A stretch of DNA of 36,284 bases. It comes from Catajapyx aquilonaris (lineage: Eukaryota). The DNA is taken from positions 62,001-98,284 of the forward strand of contig KZ538221.1 in assembly GCA_000934665.2 (NCBI GenBank), written 5' to 3'. Below, in pieces: positions 10,106 through 21,000 of the stretch (position 1 is its first letter; the number at the start of each line of letters is the position of its first letter). The notes beneath the pieces are model-generated. The model made no database searches. It was not told the origin of the DNA and saw only the letters and a list, made by a program, of their open reading frames with translations. Position numbers and translations under genes: made by a program.

Positions 10106-11859
10106 CCATACTATGAAAAATAATTCTCAATCCTTCGATGCTGAAACTCATCCTCATTCATAGGATAAAATTCATTCCTCATTCCGACTAATGATGTCAC
10201 CTCCATCATCATCCAACACGACACATCTTTTGTCACCTACAGCCTCATCCTCCATAAATCCTGATGTAAAACGCTACCTCTAATGACGCCTGCCTTCATG
10301 TTCGCTTAATTACTAATGAGCCTCCTACCTACACTCTACCTAACTTTTCACACGACTTCCTAGAGATTCTAAAACCCGGTTTTAACGCGATTCGCAGGTG
10401 TGGTTTTCCAAAGTCGCGCGAGAAACTTCCATAGCAGGTGCGCTCAATGAAAGTTGGTAGATAATAGATCGATAGTTCATAGAGAGAATAGAGTGTCGAT
10501 TTCTATGGTTAATTTGGGGGGAGGGGGAGAGTGAAAACTGAAACATGTTCGTCTGAGAGGCTTTCTCTGTAATTGGGGCTTCCAATATTAGAGTCGATGA
10601 TTGGACACACGGTGAAGCACACGCCATTACATTATTTTCAAGTGAGCTGTGTTCATAAAGGAAGCTTGTTATAGGCTAGGGTTAACGAAGCGTCATTTTC
10701 CATATGCAGTTCTATTTTAGTCGAAATTGAGTTACGCATCGTTTAATACAGTACTCTACATTACTTTCTGATGGCGAAATTACATTTACGTACAAAAATT
10801 TGTAAGGAAAAAAAATAAGTATTCATCAACTAGCCGCACTGCTGAATAGCCACGGAAAGGTGATAATTGGTCTATAACTTGTACTATTAATAAATATTCT
10901 CGATTTTAATAATTTTCTAGCATATAGTCGAATCTCAGCTATCAGTGTGCCAAGTTTCAGACTATCAGTAGCCTTTCCGCTTTTCACGCGACATGCCGGA
11001 TCATAATTGCACTCCCTTCTCTGCTCGGGGCCAGGAGAAAATGTCTGGTGTTAAAGAATGTCAGAAATGGCTATCGCACGGCGCCCTCCCCTGGGAACGA
11101 GCTCTATCACGGGGTAACAAAAAAAACTATCAGTAGTCTGAAAGTGGGTTTGATAGCCTGAAAATACACACTGTACTATAGAGAGGTTGGAAATACCATT
11201 TTTTTCGGGTGGGTCATGTGCGCACGAGCGACTTCCAACGTGCGAATTAATCAATTTGCATGTATTTTGGCCAGAAGTACTAGTAGCATGCGACAGGGCA
11301 GTAAATCCAATTATCCGTCAAGGTTGAAAGGATTAAAAACCCAGGGTCAGTGAACAATTAGCACGAAATAAAATAGCAGTAAATTTTAGCTGTTTCCTCC
11401 TAGATTTTCGCGTGTTTCAAAAATATAGCTATTAGTAATGTTAATTTCAACCTTCGATTACTAACTTTTGCAAATATATTCCCACTCCAATTATTGTCAC
11501 AACGTCAAATCCCTCAGAGGGGAAAAAAAAACCCGGTTCCAAAATAACAACCATCCGATGACGCTCCTAAATAATTATACCCCCGAAATTCACACCCAGA
11601 TTGTCAAGTCGGCCATAATTACAAGTCCTCATCAAGCCCCCTCTTCCCCTGTTCATTAAAACAGGCTTACAAAACCTCGGTAATGATTACAACCTTTCCC
11701 ATCCACATGTCACCGGATATGTCACTATATGCCATATCTGACATCCGGAGACCTATTCTGCTTTTGAAGTCATCAAAATTTGCATACGATTTAATTCCGA
11801 TTGCTACTTTCGGCCCGGATTATTACGCAGTGATTATAACCGCTACGAAATATTAGCTA

Positions 11860-12170
11860 TTGACTGTGCATAGCTTATCTAGGTCAGCTTGTGTTTGTAG
11901 ATCCCAAAAAAACTGTGGTGTAAACCGTTGTCGTGCCGATGGGCATTTGCAGGGTAATGGATCATTACTGAGTGTATCCAAGCGGTACAGAGACAGCAAA
12001 GTAGTGGCCTTTTCGAAGTGTCCAGGAGGGTATGCTCCGGTTAGATAACCAGGACTCAAAGTGCGGGGAAATGCGGCCAATTACTGATCAACCGGAGACT
12101 GATTCGGAGGGGTGCGTTCGGAAGGCTGCACTAAAAAATGTTGTGGTGGGGGCCCTTTCGCAAGTGACGT
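11860..12170 (-). mobile_element. Possible heavily decayed LINE reverse-transcriptase fragment
   Basis: Across frameshifts the - strand gives FESWLSNRS, TTVY and DLQTQADLDKL, in the order of the LINE RT motifs W..SYLSNR, FADDT..Y and LQ.DLD.L. The catalytic DD is not intact. Confidence 0.3.
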
Positions 12171-12461
12171 AATGATGGGGCGTCCATTCCTGTCTGACAG
12201 ACCATGATCAGAGGTTTAATAACCTCGATGGTCATGCTTTTGTGTGTGTGTGAAAACGTGGGCTGGAGCAAGTACAACATATGCTGTTAGGAAACATCGG
12301 TCTCGTTACTTGGGAAGTGACGTCATAGAGAGGCATAAGGGATCACAACGAAATAATTTGCATATATGACCCAAAATATGTATTAGTTAGATTCATTAGT
12401 TACATGTAATAACTTTATTTTATATAAGTTATTTAAGTTTATTTATTTATTTTATATTCTA

Positions 12462-12827
12462 TAGGGTGATCAAACTTTTTTGTCGTTTTAGTTATTGACA
12501 AATTCAGCCTAAGCTGCTTATATTGTAGCCCGTTACCTGGCAACCCCGTCCGGCGGGCCAATTTGAACATCGGCCCATGGAGAGCGCTTCCATTGTTGCC
12601 ACTGTTTACAAATCGAGTGAGTGAGTGCGCAGGCAGAAGAGACTCGTCGCTGGGTCGTCTGCGTCACTCACTCGATTTGTAAACAGTGGCAACAATGGAA
12701 GCGCTCTCCATGGGCTGATGTTCGAATTGGCCAGCAGGACGGGGTTGCCAGGTAACGGGCTACAATATAAGCAGCTTAGGCCGAATTTGTCAATAACTAA
12801 AACGACAAAAAAAGTTTCATCACCGTG
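12462..12827. mobile_element. Hairpin MITE, TA-flanked, (C/T)A(G/C)GGTGAT ends (Tc1/mariner-like); core shared with the CAGTG family
   Basis: TA|tagggtgatcaaac..gtttcatcaccgtg|TA; ~160-bp inverted arms. Confidence 0.85.
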
Positions 12828-13409
12828 TATAAGTTATTTAAGTTGCCATATTTTACTTGTGTTAAAAATGGGAAGCAGTGACTATCAACACTGTCAACAA
12901 ACTAATTAACAATGAAAGGCTCATGACGTCAGTACTGTGTTACGTACAGTACTTGCTGAATTATCCATGCAAATTCGCGTATATTTACCTATGGACACGT
13001 CGCATTTACATCGTTAAGTTCATGTAGTTCGTATACTCTAGGAGTGGCAGGGTCAGTTAGCCAATCGGGTAGATTGAAGCGTGATTCCCTTTCTCCAATT
13101 ACAGTCAAGATCATAATGCTAACTGAGGTAATGTTTTCGACTCAATTAGGAGCAAAATGCTCCGGAGGATTGTGTGACCACTTGGCTGATTAGGCTTGTG
13201 GTAAATGGGATTTACTCGAGTTAATAAATCGCGGTTCCATAGGGATCTAGGGGGCTGAATATGATCAAATTAGGTCTGATCATATACAACCAATGAATAA
13301 TTAGCAGGAAAATATTGCGAGCAAAATTCTAGTCGGTGATAGGTCAGCTAAGGGTAAGAAATCGCGAGGGAGTATATCGCAAAAATTAGCAATTTGTGCG
13401 ACACACAAA

Positions 13410-14230
13410 CATGCAACATGAATCAAAAATCTTGTATATGCGTAGATATGTATGAATTTAAAATATTAATTACTGGCACCGATAATCGTAAAACATACAA
13501 AAAAACTAATATCGATGTGGAAAATTTTACTCAAAAAATTGCAACTGAAAAATATATTTTCAATGTATCGATTTTTATGTGTTTGCATGAATCGATATTT
13601 AGCGTACATATTTCGGAAAAATCAGAAATCCGCATCGACATTACGTGAATAATATATTCAGGTGGAAAAATCAAAGTCGATTTAATCGAAAAATTTACAC
13701 CTGACGAATATATTTTAAAGTATCGATTTGTTGCATGTATCAATATTAAGCAAATATACTTCGAAAAAAAATCAGAAATCCACATCAAAATTAAGTGATA
13801 TAGGCTACACATAAAAATATCGAAAATCGATATGTAAAGTTTTACTCGAGAAATGCCTTCTGACAAATCGATTTTTGATATATCGATTTGTTGCGTGGCT
13901 GCAACTTGCAAGTATCTTTATTCAGCAAATATATTTCGGAAAATCGGAAATTCATATCGATATTCAGTGAATATTTACATATAAAAATCGAATCGATGTC
14001 GAGACAATATTGAATCTGACAAATCGATTTTTGAGTGTTTTCAGGTATCGATCCTCAGCAAATATATTTTTTGGAAGAGTCGGAAATCCACATCAACATT
14101 TAGTGAATATTCACACACAAAATCCAAAATCGATATCGGATATTTGACTTTTTAAAATTTGCATGTATATTTTCGATATATCGAAGGTTTGCAAATATCG
14201 ATATTCAGACATATTTTGTAATATGTATGA
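13410..14230. repeat. Degenerate atcgat-rich repeat region
   Basis: Recurrent aaatc(a/g)gaaatcc(a/g)catc, aatcgatttt and gcaaatatattt motifs at roughly 150-170 bp spacing. Confidence 0.6.
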
Positions 14231-14830
14231 TTTGGTCCCAAATTTTGAGTGCAATATATCATCAAGAGTAAATAATTATTTACTCTTGATATCATACATC
14301 GCGTGAGACCTTATGACGCGATATCGCCCACTCCCCCAGCGACGCGACGTCCCCAAACAAGCGACCTCGCCCTAACAATAATCCCAAAAGAGACGTTACA
14401 CGCACGCAGCATCCCATAAGAAATTGGATCCTGAAAAAGCATTACCCATCCCAGAAGTGCTTTCTCACGAAAAAAAAAAACGATCAGAGTCCACTCCACT
14501 TTCTATTACTAGGATCACACAGACACGTTCTTCAAACTCAACCCCACCTTCTCTATGATCTATTTTTTATCTATCCAAATGTATACACTTTCAATTCCTG
14601 GGGCACTTGGGGGTTTGGACCAGTGATCGATACATACGCAGGGGCATGCGCCATGTTACAGCTACCTGTGTATGGTGCGTGCCTTTTCCACGCATAAGGG
14701 CACGCATTACTAGCCTTGTGACATTGCAGATAGTGCTGGGTTCAACGAGGGGGTGTCTAGGGATCTATTTTGAGACGAGATGCAAAGTTGCGTCAGTTAC
14801 ACATAATTACCCATTTCATCACACATAGGA

Positions 14831-14860
14831 CAAACAAACAAACAAACAAACAAACAAACA
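14831..14860. repeat. (CAAA)n microsatellite
   Basis: About 7 CAAA units. Confidence 0.9.
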
Positions 14861-14959
14861 TTGTCTTTTATATGTATTTGCCCATTTATCATTTTTTAGA
14901 CATTTTCTCTACAAATTAGATTTTTCTCTACAAAATTAGACTTTTTACACGCTTTTATA

Positions 14960-15211
14960 CAGGGTGTTAATCCTAAGTGTGTCACCAGGAAAGGTGGTGG
15001 TAGAGGCCGCAGGTGTGAGCATTTTTTTGCATAAGGAACTAGGGGTCAGAAACGCACCCTCACCGATTTACGCCCCTTTCAAGTTTGCGGCACGCGGCGG
15101 AGTGACTCGGTGAGGGTGCGTTTCCGACCTCTAGTTCCTTATGCAAAAATGCTCACACATGAGCCCTCTACCACCACCGTTTCCGGTGACATGCTTAAGA
15201 TTAACACCCTG
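14960..15211. mobile_element. Tc1/mariner-type hairpin MITE (CAGGGTGTTAATC TIR, TA TSD)
   Basis: TA|cagggtgttaatc..gattaacaccctg|TA; ~105-bp imperfect inverted arms. Confidence 0.88.
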
Positions 15212-15461
15212 TATTAGCTTCACCGCCACTGATGTGTGTGAGTACGTGTGCAGCGAGTTCGTCATTCCCACACCATTTAGTGGTAGGTATATTCACGTTA
15301 GGGGTTGAGTCCGCAACTTCCACGCCAAACAGCGGTAGTAGTCACGTGAGTGGGTGAGTTCGCAACCTCCATGCCAGACAACGGAGTGACAGGCTCTCAG
15401 AATCGAGTTCGCTACCTCATAAACCATGTTCTTAAAAAATATATAATTATTCACTACAAAA

Positions 15462-15818
15462 TTAGACTTTATCTCTACAATATTAGGCATTTTCTCTACA
15501 AAACGGATTTGCAGAATGGATCTGTACGTCCGTCCGTCTGTGGACAGGTATCAGGGCCTAAACCCAAAGAGATAGCAACAAGCGGTTTTCGGATTCGGAT
15601 TCAGCGGACCGTAAGTAGGTTTCATGGCCAACTTTCGCTGATAGGCCACTTCCGGTTGTACGTGCTCACTATATATCCGTCGAGGTCAAATTTACAGGCG
15701 GGTGTCCTTGGGGTTCCTTGGAAACATTAAAATGAGACTGCGTTGTTGTCGAATTTGAATTTCATTTGGAAATGAGAAAAAGTCTACTCGAATCACATGA
15801 TTTGCCAATATAGTTTTT
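15462..15818 (+). mobile_element. DINE-1/HINE-like (Helentron-associated) non-autonomous element
   Basis: 5' tagactttatctc, then a gtccgtccgtctgt microsatellite, then inverted gagaaaaagtcta (15774-15786), a short stem-loop aatca-ca-tgatt and a terminal T run. Related to 34433-34770. Confidence 0.55.
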
Positions 15819-16511
15819 AGTTATTATTATATTTATGAATATGTCAATGTGATTTATTTCCTCTATGCGACAGTACGAATATTTATATATACAATAAATT
15901 GTGATTGGCCTGAGTCGTAACTTCCAACCGGTCCTAAATTCTATCTAACTCATGCCTAAGGTCATAAATCATTGGATCCGGTTTTAGTGTCAACAAAACT
16001 TCAAAGAGGTGTCTTTGAAAAGTGTGACAAATCGCCATGACGTCATCTAGTGTGACTTAGATCCTTCTTCTGCAAATAGGATATTTTTCTCTCTCTCTCT
16101 AAAAAAAAAATGCTGGTGACAGATCCAATTGTCACTCCCTCTTCCGGATCCAAACAGAATTACTCAGTGGACCCCTTAATCACATCGGATTGGTCCACAT
16201 CAATCAGACTCAGCCGATGTCCAATCAGAAAGCGAGAAACTGTCTTACGAGCGAGAAAGTAAATCGCATTTGGCGAGAAACAAAAGAGGATTACAACTAC
16301 TTACATACATTTTTTTTCAAAAAAAAAAAAATTTTTTGAGAGAGAAAAATAGGAGGCCAGGAGTGGTTCTTTGGGTTTCAGATTCACCCAATAAAAACGC
16401 AGGAGAAATCGATCCTACCAACCTAAATTTGATGCCGACCTGGCTCAAATGGAAGGAAAAACAGAAGGCATCTGAAAAGGTTTCATCAAACTGCAGCAAC
16501 CAGTACATACT

Positions 16512-17440
16512 ATAGGGTTGCATCATTGAAGATTAAACTTAATCCCAGATTTAGTTATGGTCATAATAAACAAAATGGTATATAGCAAAAACTATGGTTC
16601 AAATCATTTAATATTGCAAATTATATCCGGAGACTTAATATTGGTTTTACGAACTCAAATTAAGGTTGTACCATTGCAGATTAAGCTTAATCTCTGATTT
16701 AGCCATGGGTATTAAACCCATCGTAAAAGCGATAGTTGAAACTATTTCATATTACATACTATCCGGACATTTAATGTTGATTTTACGAACTCAGACTAAG
16801 GCTAATCTCTGATTATGTGCTGTACACTAAAGTTAAACGAGGGAAGATCGACGATTGTTTTCGTAATAAATTGGCGATTTTATTAAATTGAATTAATACG
16901 ATCGATTGGTTAATTTGATTACGTCAGATTACTAATCAGAGATTTTCACTAATTTGTGTCTATTAACCGTTAATAGAAAAAATTAGTGAAAAGCTCAGAT
17001 TAAGTAATCTGACGTAATCACAGGTTTTCCCCCCCTTAATTTCAGTTGATATGACTGCCTTTAAGGACTGGTCGTATCGACTCAAATTAAGATGAAAATC
17101 TCAGATTACATACAATTGATGATTTTATTAATTTGAATTAATACGACCGATTGGTTAATAAACAAAAATTAGTGTAAATCTTTGATTAAGTAATCTGGCG
17201 CAATCACAGGTTTTCGTCTTAATTTTAATTGATACAACTACTGCCGATGGTAACGACTCAAATTAATCAGAAAATCTCAGATTACTTATATCGATAATCT
17301 GTAATTTATCTTAATTTGAGTCAAAGTAACGGCAACTTAAATTCGCGGTTGTAATAACTTATTTAAGGCTAAATTTTTGATTACATGTAAGTACATAATT
17401 GGAGATTTACTTTAAATTGAAGTTCGTGCAACCGGTCCTT
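16512..17440. repeat. Degenerate repeat with internal direct (~150 and ~245 bp) and inverted copies of ttaatctcagatta; probable old DNA-transposon derivative
   Basis: Direct repeats 16516/16665 and 16880/17125; hairpin 16916-17020; ends in agttcgtgcaaccggtcc|tta. Confidence 0.55.
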
Positions 17441-18068
17441 AGCGTCTTGTTTTCATAGGACTAACTTTTGCGATGTTGTCATTTGCATTCCCACCGCGAT
17501 TTCTCGGGCGGAAATCGGGTCTTATTTGTATGGCTGGAAATGCCAAAACCAGTTCTAACTCTGGTGTCACTTCCACGGATGTTTAATCTCCTAATTATAG
17601 TGCAGGGTTGATCAGTAGGGGGGTTCTAATTGCCAGGAATGGGTCAACAAACACTGATGTTTGAAAAGAAAAGAATAAAAAAAAAGGATCGATAAGAAGA
17701 CCAATGATAGGGCTCCAATGACGTGGCTCTATTTCCAACCCTGGCTGCGGTTTCATATTTTGTAGGACAAAACTGAAATTATTGACCTTCTTATTAAGTG
17801 GCTCAAATAAACATAAGTAATATTCTTTGATTTTGTTTAATGGTTATAGCTGACCTTAGAGACCTCTGACCTGGATTAAAATTGTAAAAATAATTTTAAT
17901 TTAAGTTGTGTTACACCAAATATTTTTTTCCAAGTGTCTCTCTCGCTTCTGTATAATTATTATGACCCCTAATTTGACCTGGTTTGACCTCGGTAGTGAC
18001 CTTTGACCTCTACATTTCAGACTCCAGGTCATCCAGAACAAGATGTGACAACTCTCCAGTGTTCCAGC

Positions 18069-18091
18069 ATGTCCAAGAAAGAACCAGGAAG
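18069..18091 (+). CDS. ANKDD1A: ANKDD1A-like candidate first coding part (exon 18021-18091)
   Basis: Acceptor tacatttcag| at 18021, strong donor AAG|gtaagc; ATG TCC AAG AAA GAA CCA GGA AG (MSKKEPG), phase 2 matches the next exon. The frame is also open 5' of the ATG. Confidence 0.55.
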
Positions 18092-21000
18092 GTAAGCCTC
18101 ATTTCCATTCTAACAGATGGCGCCACAAACATAACGCCCTCTGTCGTCAAAATGAAGGCACTTTCGGTCCGCTCGTTTTCCCTTCCCATTTTCTCCCAAA
18201 AAGCTCTTCCTTGATGATTACATCCTCCTCTCTAAAGGTACGAAAAACATCCACCAATGGTACAGGGTCTTTTTTGAGTTATTCATCTCATTACTGTCTA
18301 AGTACCGCTTAGGTCCTGACATGAGGATCCAAAATGGAGGAGGGAGAGGCTTCATTTCGGGTGACGAAATGAGTTACGCATAGTCCCGCACAAGTATGAG
18401 GTGTATGAACCTCCCGGATTAATTGACGCCTGGGTTAATTAACTTGCACGCGGCAATTTGTCTCCTGATCCGAGGATTAAGGGGATGTAGAGGGAGGTTC
18501 ATTTCAGGGGTATTAAATTTTAGGAGTATTTAAAAAAAATGGGTATTACACTCGACAAAAAAGTTGGGGTATACATTCATAACATAGGCCTACTGTATAG
18601 TCAGATTTATTTGCCAATTTATTTTTTTAAATATTATTTAAATGAATTATATCACAATTCTATTTATTACAGCTCTTTAAATAGTAATGAAATTTATTTA
18701 TTTTCTAAAATTACGTTATTTTACTCAATTAGTTTGTTCATTGTAAAGTCATTTTATTCGTTTTATTTCATACATTTTATTCATATGTAGTCAGATTCAT
18801 TTTACCAGATTTTTTTAAAAAAATATTAATAGCTGAATTTCACCACAAGATTATCATTAAATAATAATATTGTGGTATACAATAAAGTTCATTCCCATGC
18901 TATTTAAAAATTAATTTAATAAATAAAATTGTGATAATAAAATTTATTACGCTTATATTAGGCTACTACATTAATTGATATTTAAGGAGGTTGGCCCAGC
19001 ATTTGCCATTCAACCTCCAAGGATAGGGAAGGAAGGAAGGAAGCGGCTCTGGCCTATTATACGGAAGCGACCCCGGAATTATCCTAGAAAGACCGTGGAA
19101 AACCACAGAAAACCACAGAAAACCACGGTCAAGGTTGCCGGCCCCGGGATTCGAACCCAGGACCTCCCGATTAGCAGTCGGACGCCTTATCCACTATGCC
19201 AACCTGCTTCGGTTATATTAGGCTACAGTGCTGGACATATTAGCCGTCTCTGAATGTTTTTTTCCGGCGGCGGCGGCGGCGGCGTTACCTGGTAACCCTG
19301 TCCGGCGGGCCCATTCAACCATCAGCCCATGGAGAGCTCTTCCATTGTTGCCACTGTTTACAAATCGAGTGAGTGAGTGCGCAGGCAGAAGAGACCCGTC
19401 GCTGGGTCGTGCGCGTCACTCACTCGATTTGTAAACAGTGTCAACAATGGAAGCGCTCTCCATGAGCTGATGGTTGAATGTGCCCGCCGGACAGGGTTGC
19501 CAGGTAACGCCGCCGCCGCATCCGCCGGAAAAAAACATTCAGCGACGGCTAATATGTCCAGCACTGTACAATAGAATATTTTACAGCAAATTATTTCATT
19601 TATTTTATTAAATTACTTTGTTTATATTTATATTTATATTTCATTAAATAACTTTATTTGCATAAATTTTATTTTTACTTTGTGTTTTATTTTTTCTGAC
19701 ATTATTCTGTTCGTTCTGTTAAATCAGAGTGAATCTGGTATAATCTATATGGTGAATTGCGTACAGTGCTGGACATAATAGCCGTCGCTGAATGTTTTTT
19801 TCGGCGGCGACGGCGGCGGCGTTACGTGGCAACTTCGTCCGGCGGGCTAATTCAAACACCAGCACATGGAGAGCGCTTCCATTGTTGCCACTGTTTACAA
19901 ATCGAGTGAGTGAGTGCGCAGGCAGAAGAGACCCGTCACTGGGTCGTTCGCGTCACTCACTCGATTTGTAAACAGTGGCAACAATGGAAGCGCTCTCCAT
20001 GGGCTGATGGTTGAATGGGCCCGCCGGACAGGGTTGCCAGGTAACGCCGCCGCCGCATCCGCCGGAAAAAAACATTCAGCGACGGCTAATATGTCCAGCA
20101 CTGTACAATAGAATATTTTACAGCAAATTATTTCATTTATTTTATTAAATTACTTTGTTTATATTTATATTTTTATTTCATTAAATAACTTTATTTGCAT
20201 AAATTTTATTTTTTACTTTGTGTTTTATTTAATAAGCTGTTTTATTTTTTATGACATTATTCTGTTCGTTCTATTAAATCAGATCTGAGATTTTCCTTAA
20301 TTTGCTTTAGTAAAAATAATAGTATATTAATAGGATATTTTGCTCAATCTGCTCTCGTGCAACCGGAACTCAACGACTTTCCTAGAAACTAGATATATCC
20401 ATATAGAGTAACTAATTTGACTTCTAAAAAAAACTGATAATAATGAGTCGACTAACTGGGCTTTATCCGCCCAAAAGAGAGAGTATTGCATAACATTTAC
20501 TTCCCAAGCATATTAATAGGCCCGGAACAAAGAGAAGAGCCGGCCCTACATTTACAACCTGTTTCTCTTTCATTACCAAGTTATCTCACTGTATAAACCC
20601 CATGCCTTTGTGCACAAAAAAAAAGTGCATAGTAAAAACAACAGTAAAGCGAACTCTATTACGAGCCTATCCTAGATCGCAAGTCTTGATTACTAAGAGG
20701 GAGAGTTAATTTGAACTTTTTTTGTTCCAAGAAGTCCATTCCCTTTGTAAGAGCAAAGTTTGGTCCCTGGTGTGTCCGTAACATTTCTTTTTAGAGATGA
20801 TATCCAATATGGAGGTCTGTGAGTCTATAGGGGGTATGGGGGGGGGGGCGTGATCGGGTTTCTAGTTGATGGGTTTCTGAGGTAGAAATAGTTCAGGTTG
20901 AGAAATGTGGGTTTCTGATGATTTGAAGACTGTGGGAGGGGCATATGGAGCGATGGGCGTGGTCATTGTTAGCGATGGCCAATAGGAAGTAGATTTATGG

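Noticed and set aside
11320..11336. piggyBac-like right end (gttgaaaggaTTAA)
   Set aside because: No matching left end found in the window.
19136..19207. Independent tRNA-Ser(GCT) gene
   Set aside because: No long variable arm, mismatched acceptor and D stems, and it is embedded in a TSD-flanked SINE body.
19228..20111. Family of near-identical small ORFs (MLDILAVAECFFPAAAA.. / MRRQKRPVAG..), also at 12625, 28620-29193
   Set aside because: They are translations of palindromic MITE arms (same peptide on both strands, non-ATG starts), not a small-protein or toxin-antitoxin family.
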